Positions 19,660-30,043 are shown, counted from the stretch's first letter. The stretch is 64,000 bases of DNA from Thermofilaceae archaeon (GCA_038861545.1 JAWCCZ010000006.1:1-64000), one strand, 5' to 3'. Notes: generated from the letters alone by a model not told the origin. Numbers and translations are program-made.

Positions 19660-20059
19660 TTTTGCTCAGGTACCTAGCAATCTTCACTGTTTCCGGCTCT
19701 ATTTCCCAAACTTTCCCTCCCTCAATAACTAGGTGTTTTCTCGGAAAGCCTCCCACGATTTTGTCTACTTCCTCCACAGCTAGGTGAAGTTGTAAACAGT
19801 GGGGGCTTCCATCTACTGTTAACACAGAAACATTTTCGAGCTGAATCCTAGAGGCTATGGAAGCCAGCTTTAGCGCGACAACATTGAACTGGTATTCTTC
19901 CATGCAAACAGCAAGGGGAACCCGATTCTCCGCGTATTTCTCATAGATCTGAGGATACTCGTCTCGTATACATGTTCCATATATAAGCAGGCGTTTGCTT
20001 TCCCTAAGCTCCTTACAGGCAACATTGACATCGAGCAGCTTTCTATATGGGCCCTTCAC
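19634..20059 (-). CDS. Putative iron-sulfur/metal-binding protein
   Basis: Three spaced Cys motifs YGTC, VCME, DGSPHC; overlaps neighbours at both ends. Confidence 0.6.
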   Translation of the reverse strand: MKGPYRKLLDVNVACKELRESKRLLIYGTCIRDEYPQIYEKYAENRVPLAVCMEEYQFNVVALKLASIASRIQLENVSVLTVDGSPHCLQLHLAVEEVDKIVGGFPRKHLVIEGGKVWEIEPETVKIARYLSKIKQLIERS

Positions 20060-20511
20060 TGTACTTCCTCACTGTAACTATCTATGATCGTTTTCACCTT
20101 ATCGAGGAGCGGCGCAAGATCCTCCGCTTCGGCTTTCTCCAGCTCGTGTAAAAGTGTTCTTAACTCGTCCCTGTAGTGGCTGGATATACTTTCCCCCTTA
20201 TCGATCAGCGTGGCTATCATTCTTCTAGCTAAACAGCTGGCCTCATCCTTTGTCGCTGATGCTAGTCTTGCCTTCCAATCGCTCCAGATCTTTACTTTAC
20301 TCTCATCCAAGTTAACCGATAAAAGGGCATACTCTTTGACAGCTACTACCAGCTCGTTACCTAGGACGTAAGTGTATACAAGGTTTGGGGCTTCCGTGGT
20401 AAGCCTCCTTAAAGCGTTAAGCAAGCTTTCTTCTCTTAGAGTAGCTGCAAGGACGCGCGCGTCTTCAAGCGTCGGCCTGATCGCCTCTATACCGGTGACG
20501 GATCGTTCCAC
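20056..20511 (-). CDS. Hypothetical protein
   Basis: 151-aa ORF, 4-bp overlap with the downstream gene, TTTAAT box upstream. Confidence 0.65.
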   Translation of the reverse strand: MERSVTGIEAIRPTLEDARVLAATLREESLLNALRRLTTEAPNLVYTYVLGNELVVAVKEYALLSVNLDESKVKIWSDWKARLASATKDEASCLARRMIATLIDKGESISSHYRDELRTLLHELEKAEAEDLAPLLDKVKTIIDSYSEEVQ

Positions 20512-20703
20512 ATGGTTGGCGTGAAAAACTCATTAAATAATTTTCCGGTAAATTTAACGACTCAAACACCAGTTAGTAACGCAATTTGTCAAGATTTGTT
20601 GGCTTTCATTAAAGAATTGTATAGTTACAAGGTATAGAGTAACGGGCTACAGATACTGTTGAGACAGTGGGAAAGAGGGTGAAACTTTCAAGCTTATGAG
20701 TTT

Positions 20704-21762
20704 TTATAGTATTTTTCCTCTAACCTCATATCCTTTACTGCAAAGCTCTGCGACGCCTTTCTTCAACGCCTCCCTTAGTTCAGCAGCCTTTTCCTCCGGT
20801 AGGGAATCATAGGTGAATGTCCACGCGCCCCACTCGATTCCGGCTGCATACTTCAGCTTATCTTTATCTCGGTGTAGAGGGTAGAACTCGAGATGTAAAT
20901 GATAATACTCAGCGTTCAGCTTGCAAGGCTTTTGGTGGAAAATTAACATATAGGGGAGGCTGAAACTGAATAAATTGTTATACATGGCCGTAGTAACCTT
21001 AAGTATATCAGCAAGGAGAAATACTTCCCATTCGTTTAACTCTGTTAAAGAGCTTACATGCCTATTCGGGTAGACGTGTACCTCATAAGGCCACATCGCA
21101 AAGAAGGGGAGAAAAGCCGTGAAGCTGTCATTTGCGTATAGAAGTCTAACTCCCTCCCCCTTTTCAAGCTCGAGAATCCTACATAAAAGACAACCTCCCT
21201 TCTTCTCCCAGTAACGCTTCATGTTCTTAACCTCTTGCTGAACTCGTGGAGGAATGAAAGGTAACGCGTAAACTTGGCTGTGAGGATGAGTAAGCGATAC
21301 TCCAATAACTTCACCCTTATTTCGGAAAGGTATAACGTATTGAATTTCGGGGTCGCTGCAGAGTTCTTTAGTTACCCGAGATAATTCTTGAATGTATTTA
21401 ACTATGTTTTCAAAGGGTATATCGCTTAAATCACCTTCATGTTGCGATGTTTCGATGATTACTTTACAGTAACCGTAGCCAGCTTTTACCTTATATAAAT
21501 CGTTGCTTCCTCTTGAAGTCTTAGCATTCATCCTTAAGGCTGGGAATCTATTGTCAAGCGTTAGCACATCCCAGCCGTAACCTGTTTCTGGCGCCCCAGG
21601 GCAGAATGGGCATCCACCGCTGCGCCACGGCCTTCCCTTTCTCTTGCTAGAGACAACGATCCACGCCCCTAGGAGAGGATTCCAACGAAGCTCATTATAT
21701 GTTTCTTCCATCGAGAAACCCCGACCTGAGGCAAAGATAAATGTGTCCATATTGGTTCTCAT
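20704..21762 (-). CDS. galT: Galactose-1-phosphate uridylyltransferase
   Basis: ELRWNPL, RPW..CPFCPG, NRFP, GVSLTHPHSQ catalytic motif; true start probably ATG 21711. Confidence 0.95.
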   Translation of the reverse strand: MRTNMDTFIFASGRGFSMEETYNELRWNPLLGAWIVVSSKRKGRPWRSGGCPFCPGAPETGYGWDVLTLDNRFPALRMNAKTSRGSNDLYKVKAGYGYCKVIIETSQHEGDLSDIPFENIVKYIQELSRVTKELCSDPEIQYVIPFRNKGEVIGVSLTHPHSQVYALPFIPPRVQQEVKNMKRYWEKKGGCLLCRILELEKGEGVRLLYANDSFTAFLPFFAMWPYEVHVYPNRHVSSLTELNEWEVFLLADILKVTTAMYNNLFSFSLPYMLIFHQKPCKLNAEYYHLHLEFYPLHRDKDKLKYAAGIEWGAWTFTYDSLPEEKAAELREALKKGVAELCSKGYEVRGKIL

Positions 21763-22289
21763 CCTAGAGTCCTGCTATACTGTCTAGTGGGAAGTTTTCC
21801 TTCTCAGGATCACAGATAAGCCAGTGTTTTTCTGTGTTGAACGAACCTTCCAGTAAAACCTTTCTCAGGGCTGAGAAATACTTCTTTTCAGCAACGGTTA
21901 TGCTATGCTTCGAGTTTATTACTGAAACTACCACTTCCACGGCAAATAGAACTATTCTAGAAGAAGCATACTGGTCAACAGGGTCTTCCCTAGCCCCTAT
22001 CATGGCATTGCGATGCCTTGCATCGTAAATAAGGGTTAGATGGATTGGTACCCTAAGACCCAGGGATACTAGTTCCGATAAAAACCGAGAGTATCTATCT
22101 GAATGGAGTTCTAATGCGTGGAAAAATGTAATCGTTTTCTTTACTCTAGTGTCTTCCAGAAACGATAGAAAAACCTTAAACCTTTACTGTCAATAAAGAA
22201 AGATTCGCCATAACGTATATTGTTAACAGCCTTTTTCAACTATTTATTTTTAATTCCTCGCTTGGTTATTGTTTTTCCATCGTAGTAAT

Positions 22290-23156
22290 TTACCCTAGAA
22301 TATAGGCTAGAAAGAGGACTGATACTATAAGCAGGATGGCTGAAAAAAAGGTAGGCTTATCGTTAATGATGATCTCGTGTGGATGTTCTCCTACGCCTTT
22401 CTCTAAGGCTAGAGTGTAGCGTAAGAGGAAAAATGCCATTACGGGAACTGTGGGAATAAGCCTTCGACCAAGTGGTACCTCAGCACAGTAAACCGCGTAA
22501 GTTACGATGGTCATAGCCGTTGTCATGCTTAAAGCTTGGTCTAACCACTGGATACTGTATTCTTTTAGGCTCTCTCTTGCTTTAACACCGGATAACATGT
22601 GCTCCGCCTTTCTCTTACTGAGAGCTAAAAATAGAGCTAAGAAGAAGAAACCGGTGACGAGCCAGGGGGAGACCTCAATTTCAAGTAGGAAAGCTCCGGA
22701 GACAACTCTTAGCAAATAGTTTAACGCGATAGCCGTGACATCTACTACTGCTATGTGTTTCAAAGCAAAGCTGTACACATAAGATAAAGTTATGTAAGCT
22801 GCGATGCAGAGAGCAAATACGTAGTCAAGGAAATAAGCTGTTGCTAGAGAAAATATAGCGAGGGCAGCAGATAATATAGCCGCTTCTCTGACACTTATGC
22901 GCCCAGAAGGTAAAGGCCTTTCCTTTTTCCTCGGGTGCAGCTTGTCTCGTTGAAGATCCATGATATCGTTAAATGCGTATACGGAACTCGCTGCAGTGGA
23001 AAGAGTAAGGAAACCTATAGCTAGAAGAGGATATATACGCAAGTCTACGAGCTTAAGTGAAAAAACAGCTGGAATTGCAATCATCAAATTTTTATACCAT
23101 TGCTCGATGCGAATTAAATCCAGGTACGCGCGCATTTTTTTCGAGATGACCCGCAT
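22290..23156 (-). CDS. UbiA-family prenyltransferase, decaprenyl-phosphate phosphoribosyltransferase-like
   Basis: RIEQWYKN, NDIMD..DKLHPRKKERPLPSG, LKH..DV, LSKRKAE. Confidence 0.88.
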   Translation of the reverse strand: MRVISKKMRAYLDLIRIEQWYKNLMIAIPAVFSLKLVDLRIYPLLAIGFLTLSTAASSVYAFNDIMDLQRDKLHPRKKERPLPSGRISVREAAILSAALAIFSLATAYFLDYVFALCIAAYITLSYVYSFALKHIAVVDVTAIALNYLLRVVSGAFLLEIEVSPWLVTGFFFLALFLALSKRKAEHMLSGVKARESLKEYSIQWLDQALSMTTAMTIVTYAVYCAEVPLGRRLIPTVPVMAFFLLRYTLALEKGVGEHPHEIIINDKPTFFSAILLIVSVLFLAYILG

Positions 23157-23162
23157 TCCCCT

Positions 23163-26090
23163 TCACGCTACTCTAACTAAGATAGCCGGTCTAGCCGGAA
23201 GTGCTATCTTACTAGAAGGTAACTTAACCTCTGACTCGTTTGCGACCACAACCTTGACGCCGAGTTCTCTTTCGTAAAACACAGCTGCCGACTCCAGAGC
23301 CTTACGCTCTAACTCCGGTTTGATTAATAGTTGAATAACTTTAGGGTTCCTGACTATAGTTTCAATTAACTTACCGGCTTGCCCGCGAAGCTGTGGGTCC
23401 AGCGTATTAATTGCTATTTTGAGAGCATTTCTCAGGTCGAGACCTTTACGCATCTCTTCTGCCGCCGTTAAAAGGAATTTGAATTTCCATTCGGCGGCGA
23501 TAGCTATTAACACTTCCTTAGGTGTATCCCGGATCAGCTTTAGAACCTCTTTTATATCATCAAGCACGCTTTTCACAATTTCTTCAGCTGTTTCCACCTC
23601 GAGTTTAATGTATTCGTTTCTAGCTTCAGGCCAATTAGCCGTACTAATAAACCCTCTCTTACCCAGCTTCTCCCATATTTCTTCGCATATGTGAGGCACT
23701 ATCGGCGCTAGCAGAAGGGTTTGCTTCTCAATAAACTCGTTTAGTAAGTCCCTATTCGGTTCACCGCACCTGCGTAGGTACCATCGGAACTGCTCTTGCA
23801 GATTAAAGAACCCTTTCACCAATGCATCTTTAAAATCTCCTTCCTCTATTTCAATCTCTACGTCTTTTATGATTCGGTGGAGAACACTTCTGAACCACTC
23901 ATCAATAGGTAGCCACGTTTCCCTACCCTTACCATAGTTTTTGGTTGCGTACTCGTACCAGCCTATTAGGAGATCTACGGCTCGATCAGCTACTTCCGGC
24001 TCGAAGTTTGCATCATCGAGGCTTGAGTTACCTGCGTAAGCTTCTGCGAACCGTGTAGCGTCAGCACCCCACCATTCTAAAGCTTCTCTAAGTAGGATGA
24101 AGTTGCCGGCAGATTTCGACATTTTCTCACCAGCTACAGTAACCCAGCCGTTTACCCCAATACCTCGCGGCCACATTTCTGGCGGGAATATTGCCACATG
24201 GTGGAATATGAAAAATATAAGGTGGTTTGGTAATAGATCCTTTCCAGACATCCTCATGTCTACGGGGTACCAGTAAAGGAACTCATCTCTAATCTTCTTC
24301 AGCAGGTCTTCAGCGATTCCAATCTTAGCTGCCACTTTCCCCGGATCGCCTTGACCGAAAAATACGTAGTCAAAGAAAGAATCTTCAATCCTGTCTAATC
24401 GAATGCCGTATTCTTCTGGATGCTGAAGGTACTTAGCCAGAACATAATACGCCATGTAGAGTGTTGAGTCACTCAGTGATTCGAGTACCCATTCAGGATC
24501 CCAGGGAAGCGGGGTTCCTAATTCTCCTCGGTGTGTGCAAGCCCAGTCGTCGTACCAATCAACTTGGCTGTGAAGATAACTTTTGATGGAGTCGGGTAGC
24601 AAGTTCATCCTATTGATGCAGTCATGAGCTAGTTTCTTCCATTGAGGGTCACTATACTTTAGGAACCACTGGTCCTCAACTCTTTTAACATGTGTTCTAG
24701 CACCGCAGCGGCAATATACAGGCTGGGGTAGCGTGTAATGCCTTACAGCTGCACCGATCGATACTAACCAGTCAATAACCTCTTCCTTTACCTCGGCTAC
24801 TGTTTTACCAGCCCACTTACCGAACATTTCCTTCAGAACACCTTGGTAGTACTCCTTAGAGTAGATTTCACGGGTAGCTTCTTCAAGCTTCTCGCGATCA
24901 AACTGGTTCGAAACACCTAAACGTTCAACCACGGTTTTCGCTGGAATATTTCCATACCCCTCTAGTAATATAATGCTGACGGGCTGCACGTTATTAACTA
25001 GCTTAGGATCTACCCTGACTTGCGAAGGTAATCCCCGCTTAAGGTCCTCGAGCGCCACGTAATCAAATGGAGCATGGGCTGGAACGGACATCACTACTCC
25101 TGTACCAATGTCGGGTTCGACGAAGAACGCTGGTAAAACTGGCAAACACCAACCGGTAACCGGATTAATAACTTCTCGCCCGATTAGCTCTGAACCCATA
25201 ACCTTATCGATTATAGCTACACTATGTCCTTGGTCCCGCAACTCATGGAATCCATAGCTCCCAAGCACCCAGCGTTCCCCATCAACTTCGGCTACAAGGT
25301 ATTCGGAATCGGGCTTCACCCATATGTTTACAGCCCCGTATACGGTTTCTGGTCTATAGGTAAGGCATGGGTAAACGAACCCATCTTCTCCCTTGAATTT
25401 TACTATAATCACTTTTTCGGGTCCTATACCAGCATACTCATCAGGTCTATCATGGTCTCCGACTACTTTCTCTTCTTTCGGGCACCAAACAACTGGGTGG
25501 ATACCCTTGGCAATTAACCCTTTTTTAAGTAGTTGCCTATACTGCCATTGCACGAACTTACTGTAGGGCGGGTTAAGGTAGGTGGTGTGAAATTCTCTCC
25601 TCCAGTCGATCGATAAGCCATATTTTTCGAAGTCTATTTTCCACTCTTTACAGAAGAAGTGTACCCAATGTTCTGGGTTCGCGAACTTCGGTATCTCACT
25701 CTCAGGAATGCCCATAGACTTAAGTATGGAGATCTGCTTTCCATCTCCCTCCCTGATTCTCAGTGCTGCCGCGACTATCGGACTCCCAGTGGCATGCCAT
25801 CCTTGGGGAAAAAGCACGTTGAAACCTTTCATCCTCTTGTAGCGGGCCATAATATCATTCCTTAGCACGGTATACGCGCTTCCTAAGTGGGGATAAGCGT
25901 TAACGTAGGGGTAGGGGAAAGTTATGAAGAACTTTTGGTGTTTGGGATCAGGTTCAGGTTCAAAAAGCTTTGCCTCTTTCCACTTCCTCTGCCACTTTTC
26001 CTCTATCGACCTGAAGAACTGTACGCGCTCCTTTTCCGCGCGCGGCTTAATTGATCTTCCTTCTGAGGATTGAGCAATAAATCTCCCCAC
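23163..26090 (-). CDS. leuS: Leucyl-tRNA synthetase (archaeal type)
   Basis: PYPYVNAYPHLGS, DHDR, TYRPET, GTGVVMSVPAHAPFD editing domain, GKDL..NHL, KMSKS. Confidence 0.97.
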   Translation of the reverse strand: MGRFIAQSSEGRSIKPRAEKERVQFFRSIEEKWQRKWKEAKLFEPEPDPKHQKFFITFPYPYVNAYPHLGSAYTVLRNDIMARYKRMKGFNVLFPQGWHATGSPIVAAALRIREGDGKQISILKSMGIPESEIPKFANPEHWVHFFCKEWKIDFEKYGLSIDWRREFHTTYLNPPYSKFVQWQYRQLLKKGLIAKGIHPVVWCPKEEKVVGDHDRPDEYAGIGPEKVIIVKFKGEDGFVYPCLTYRPETVYGAVNIWVKPDSEYLVAEVDGERWVLGSYGFHELRDQGHSVAIIDKVMGSELIGREVINPVTGWCLPVLPAFFVEPDIGTGVVMSVPAHAPFDYVALEDLKRGLPSQVRVDPKLVNNVQPVSIILLEGYGNIPAKTVVERLGVSNQFDREKLEEATREIYSKEYYQGVLKEMFGKWAGKTVAEVKEEVIDWLVSIGAAVRHYTLPQPVYCRCGARTHVKRVEDQWFLKYSDPQWKKLAHDCINRMNLLPDSIKSYLHSQVDWYDDWACTHRGELGTPLPWDPEWVLESLSDSTLYMAYYVLAKYLQHPEEYGIRLDRIEDSFFDYVFFGQGDPGKVAAKIGIAEDLLKKIRDEFLYWYPVDMRMSGKDLLPNHLIFFIFHHVAIFPPEMWPRGIGVNGWVTVAGEKMSKSAGNFILLREALEWWGADATRFAEAYAGNSSLDDANFEPEVADRAVDLLIGWYEYATKNYGKGRETWLPIDEWFRSVLHRIIKDVEIEIEEGDFKDALVKGFFNLQEQFRWYLRRCGEPNRDLLNEFIEKQTLLLAPIVPHICEEIWEKLGKRGFISTANWPEARNEYIKLEVETAEEIVKSVLDDIKEVLKLIRDTPKEVLIAIAAEWKFKFLLTAAEEMRKGLDLRNALKIAINTLDPQLRGQAGKLIETIVRNPKVIQLLIKPELERKALESAAVFYERELGVKVVVANESEVKLPSSKIALPARPAILVRVA

Positions 26091-26113
26091 GCACCCCTTA
26101 AGGACGCTTTCGT

Positions 26114-27208
26114 TTAAACTTTTTCTAAACTTTTGCTAGCTTTGCGAGCAGCCTTGTAGACGGCTAGTATATTTTCCAGAGGCGTGCCAGGTTGAATGTC
26201 ATGAGTAGGGGAAAGGACGAAGCCTGTGGGTCCGAGCAGATTAAGCCTCTCCAACACGAGTTTCTCTATTTCGTTAGAGTTACTGAATAGAAGAGTTGTC
26301 TGGACGCTCATCGTCCCATGCAATGTTAGCAAATCGCCATATGTTTTCTTCAGCTTGTAAGGGTCCATACATTCTGGCTGTACGGGATCCAGAATATCAA
26401 CATGAATTTCGATTAGGTCTGGGATTATTGGTTCAATCCATCCATCGCTATGGAACATAAAGTATGCTCCGCGCTTGTGGCAAAGATCGACTAGCTCGAC
26501 GTATTTCGGTTTCAAGAATAGTCTCCACTTTTCAGGCGATATCATCATGCCTTTTTGCATGCCTACATCGTCTCCATCGTAGATCACGTCTACGCCGGCG
26601 TCGCACAACACTTTAGCCTCTACCATTCTGATTCTGTGAAGATGGTTTAGTATTTTTTCGAAGGTTACGGGATCCCTGTACATCATCTTCATTGCCTCGT
26701 TGAAGCCGGTAAGTTGCCAGGCATTTTCCCATAAATGTTCAACCCCCGCTACGAGGCAGTAGTCTGCATGAAGTTTTCTAGCACGCGAAGCTACCTCGAA
26801 CGTTGCTTCTTCATCGACGTATGGCCAGTTATACTCCTCTACTGAGATGTGTTGGAGCGGATGCCTAAGGTAAGTGTATGTATAAGTATGATCCGGAGCC
26901 CAGATGGTTTCCACTCCCCAAATGTTGGCCCGAAGCTCGTACTCTCCTATACGGCCGAGGGCATATGTGGGCCCGTATACCCACTCGCTAGCCAGCTTTA
27001 CATACTTGGGTGGAGCGAGACCACCAGCCAATATTGGTCCAGTACTTCGGAAATCTATGTCTAAAGCTCTTAATAATTGCTCGTAGTCTTTAACTTGTAA
27101 AGCTTCCATTAATGAGTTAAGCGGCTCTGGTCTACACTTGAAGTTTAATGGTACCCGGTCAAGCTGCTCATGCTCAAAACATCTTATACATCTTTCCCTC
27201 GAGTTCAC
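26114..27208 (-). CDS. Uroporphyrinogen decarboxylase / MtaA-like family protein
   Basis: NSRER..DRVP, GDDVGMQ..MISP, FHSDG, DPVQPECMD, SPTH; start placed at GTG 27208, removing the overlap with the Thg1-like gene. Confidence 0.85.
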   Translation of the reverse strand: MNSRERCIRCFEHEQLDRVPLNFKCRPEPLNSLMEALQVKDYEQLLRALDIDFRSTGPILAGGLAPPKYVKLASEWVYGPTYALGRIGEYELRANIWGVETIWAPDHTYTYTYLRHPLQHISVEEYNWPYVDEEATFEVASRARKLHADYCLVAGVEHLWENAWQLTGFNEAMKMMYRDPVTFEKILNHLHRIRMVEAKVLCDAGVDVIYDGDDVGMQKGMMISPEKWRLFLKPKYVELVDLCHKRGAYFMFHSDGWIEPIIPDLIEIHVDILDPVQPECMDPYKLKKTYGDLLTLHGTMSVQTTLLFSNSNEIEKLVLERLNLLGPTGFVLSPTHDIQPGTPLENILAVYKAARKASKSLEKV

Positions 27209-27260
27209 GGTCGTTCCACGGGCGCCCGGATCTAAGCTTTGCGCGTGTTCTAGTGTAAGC

Positions 27261-27974
27261 TCACTTATAGAGCTCCGGTGCCCTGTAAGCTTCAATAGCT
27301 TCAAGGAGAACCCAGGGCCCATCGTTCCAGTCGAGTGATCTAATGCCTCTTTTAGCTACCCAGTAAAGGCTTGTACCACCCCACTCCCAAAGCGGGTGGT
27401 CAATAACCCGCACTCCATTCTCCTCGAGTAGCCTGACCTGCTGGCGAAGGTTTGTATTCTCCCTAGGTTTAACGTTAAGTAGTTTTAACGAACGCCCAAC
27501 AAAGTTGTTGAAAGCGATTCGAGCCCGATACAATATGTATCGCTTGGCATCATCGATATCTATCAAGGGTACTACCCTAGCGTCGAAAAATAGGCGTCTT
27601 CCAATAACTTCGGAAGCGTTAACGGAAAGGATGGATGCTGAAATGCTCACGACTTTTTGCACCCGACCAGCGTAGGGTAGCGAGGGGCCTAAGAACAGGA
27701 TGTTAACTTCATCGCTAACGGTGTACGCACAGCTAGCGGAAAGCCTATTGACAACTTGAGAGGTCCCGGCTATAAGGGCTTCATGAACTCTTCTATCTCT
27801 CGGTTCCTGAAACCCTGACAACACTTTGCTAAACCCGACACCATCTAAACGGATAGCGAATGGCAGCCTAAGTCTGGCATCTAACTTCTGTTCACGTTCC
27901 CTGTAGTCACCCTCTAACTCATTTACCTGTAGCTGCAGAAGTTGTTCTAAAGCTTCTTCCAATTGGAATGCCAT
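27261..27974 (-). CDS. Thg1-like (tRNA-His guanylyltransferase family) protein
   Basis: RLDGVGF, SDEVNILF, GRVQK..S, FDARV. Confidence 0.9.
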   Translation of the reverse strand: MAFQLEEALEQLLQLQVNELEGDYREREQKLDARLRLPFAIRLDGVGFSKVLSGFQEPRDRRVHEALIAGTSQVVNRLSASCAYTVSDEVNILFLGPSLPYAGRVQKVVSISASILSVNASEVIGRRLFFDARVVPLIDIDDAKRYILYRARIAFNNFVGRSLKLLNVKPRENTNLRQQVRLLEENGVRVIDHPLWEWGGTSLYWVAKRGIRSLDWNDGPWVLLEAIEAYRAPELYK

Positions 27975-28019
27975 AACTGTCCCCGGTAACCCATTTTTAC
28001 CTCTTTACAGGTTTTATCT

Positions 28020-29030
28020 TTGATGGAGGGACTAGGGGTAGCGATTATCGGTTGTGGTTTCATTGGCGACGTACACTTTAAGGCATGGAGCAAAGTTAAA
28101 GGTGCCCGGATCACGGCCGCCGTCGATTTAATCGGAGGTAGAGCAAAAAAAGCCGCTGAAACTTATGGAGCATCGCATTGGTTCACAGATTACACTAAAG
28201 TACTAGAGATGAAGGAAGTCGATATTATAGATGTGTGCACTCCAACGTATACTCACGCCGAGATTGTTGTGAACGCGGCTAAGAGTGGAAAGCATATCCT
28301 CTGTGAGAAGCCAATCGCGCTCCGCCTTAGTGATTCAGATGATATGATCAAAGCAGCCCGAAAAGCTGGGGTGAAGCTCATGGTAGCCCACTGCCTTAGG
28401 TTCTGGCCTGAGTACGTTGAAACTAAACGCCTAGTTGAAGGTGAGGCGATAGGAGAGCCGAGAATCGCCAGGGCTTACAGGCTTTCCTCTTTCCCGGAGT
28501 GGGCGCCGTGGCATAAAGATCGCAGGCTCAGCGGGGGCGTCTTCGTCGACATGAGTATTCATGATGTTGATTTCCTCCGCTGGGTGATAGGCGAGGTAAA
28601 GGAGGTGTTCGCTAGAGGTGGAACCCTGAAGACTGCAGACTCTACATCCCATGACTTTACGCACGCAATTCTCAGATTCAAAAATGAGACGATCGCATAC
28701 GTAGAGGGGTCATGGATGCAACCGGCAGCTTTTCCGTTTACCACCTACTTGGAGATTGTGGGGACCCACGGCATGCTTACTGTTGACAACCAATCAACAG
28801 CGGCTTTAAAAGTGTACAGGTCCAGTGGATCACCAGCCGCGTATATTCCCTTTGAAGAGAACGCCTACGACAAGGAAGTGAAGCACTTCTACGAGTGTGT
28901 AGTAAAGGATCTTGAACCCGCTGTGCCAGGCGAAGAGGCTAGGAAAACCCTTGAGGTAACTTTAGCTGCTGTCAAATCAGTAGATGAGGGCAAGCCGATC
29001 AAGCTACCCTTGGAGGGTGAGGTACTATGA
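28020..29030 (+). CDS. Gfo/Idh/MocA oxidoreductase
   Basis: IIGCGFIG, CEKP, DMSIHD. Confidence 0.93.
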   Translation: MMEGLGVAIIGCGFIGDVHFKAWSKVKGARITAAVDLIGGRAKKAAETYGASHWFTDYTKVLEMKEVDIIDVCTPTYTHAEIVVNAAKSGKHILCEKPIALRLSDSDDMIKAARKAGVKLMVAHCLRFWPEYVETKRLVEGEAIGEPRIARAYRLSSFPEWAPWHKDRRLSGGVFVDMSIHDVDFLRWVIGEVKEVFARGGTLKTADSTSHDFTHAILRFKNETIAYVEGSWMQPAAFPFTTYLEIVGTHGMLTVDNQSTAALKVYRSSGSPAAYIPFEENAYDKEVKHFYECVVKDLEPAVPGEEARKTLEVTLAAVKSVDEGKPIKLPLEGEVL

Positions 29031-30043
29031 GGAAGCTGAAGTTCGCAATTCTCTCATTCGCACACGTTCACGCATGGAGCTACGCTAGAGTACTGAAAAG
29101 CCTGGAGGAAGCTGAACTCGTCGCAATCTATGATGACGATCCAGAAAGGCTAAAGAGAGCGGCGGAGACTTACAGGGTAAAGGATCTCTACAGCGACTAC
29201 CAACGGCTCCTGAAGCGGGAAGATATAGATGCAGTAATTATTGCTTCTGAGAATGCTAAGCATGCTGAGTTAGCGATAGCCGCAGCGGAGGCTGGGAAAC
29301 ATATGATTGTCGAGAAACCACTGGCCACGACGCTTAAGGATGCGGAAAGAATGATTAGAGCAGCTGAGAAAGCAGGGGTGAAGCTGCAGCAGGCCTTCGT
29401 GATGAGGTACCACGACGTCACGGTTATGGTGAAGAATATAATAGAACAGGGTGCAGTGGGTAGAATCTTAGCTATAACGACGACTAACCACGGCAAGTTC
29501 CCGGATCTCTGGTTCGATGACCCCAAGCTTGCTGGTGGAGGGGCGGTAATGGATCATGTAGTCCATACCGCTGATCTAATACGCTGGTACACAGGAAAGG
29601 AGGTTGATGAAGTGTACGCTGTCATCGGGAGGAATATCAGACCTCAGCTGAGGTCTGAAGATTGCGCGCTGATTTCACTGAAGTTCGAGAGCGGCGCGAT
29701 AGGGAGCATTGACTGCAGCTGGTCGCGGCCAGATACATTCTACACATGGGGTGACGTGTTTCTCGCTATCCATGGAACTGATGGTTTCATCTTTGTAGAC
29801 GCCTTCAGACCCTGCATTAATGTAGTAATCGAGGGTAAACCGCTTGCATGGCACTACTATGGTCCCGATGCCGACTACAACATGATTAGAGACTTCGTTT
29901 ATGCTGTTCAGGAAGATCGACCGCCGAGAGCAACAGGATACGACGGGTATAAAGCGCTCGAAGTTTCAATCGCAGCTTATGAATCAGCCCGCAAGGGTTT
30001 GCCGGTGAAACTACCTTTACAGAATAGCAAAGCGAGCGGCTAG
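29027..30043 (+). CDS. Gfo/Idh/MocA oxidoreductase
   Basis: LSFAHVHA variant N-terminus, VEKP, DHVVH; ATGA-coupled to the previous gene. Confidence 0.93.
   Translation: MRKLKFAILSFAHVHAWSYARVLKSLEEAELVAIYDDDPERLKRAAETYRVKDLYSDYQRLLKREDIDAVIIASENAKHAELAIAAAEAGKHMIVEKPLATTLKDAERMIRAAEKAGVKLQQAFVMRYHDVTVMVKNIIEQGAVGRILAITTTNHGKFPDLWFDDPKLAGGGAVMDHVVHTADLIRWYTGKEVDEVYAVIGRNIRPQLRSEDCALISLKFESGAIGSIDCSWSRPDTFYTWGDVFLAIHGTDGFIFVDAFRPCINVVIEGKPLAWHYYGPDADYNMIRDFVYAVQEDRPPRATGYDGYKALEVSIAAYESARKGLPVKLPLQNSKASG

Noticed and set aside
21764-22028. Short opposing ORFs (79 and 64 aa) upstream of galT
   Set aside because: No recognisable family; could be a remnant but unsupported.
27209-27322. Apparent N-terminal extension of the URO-D-like ORF overlapping the Thg1-like gene
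   Set aside because: The family N-terminus (NSRER) begins at GTG 27208; the extension is an ORF-calling artefact.
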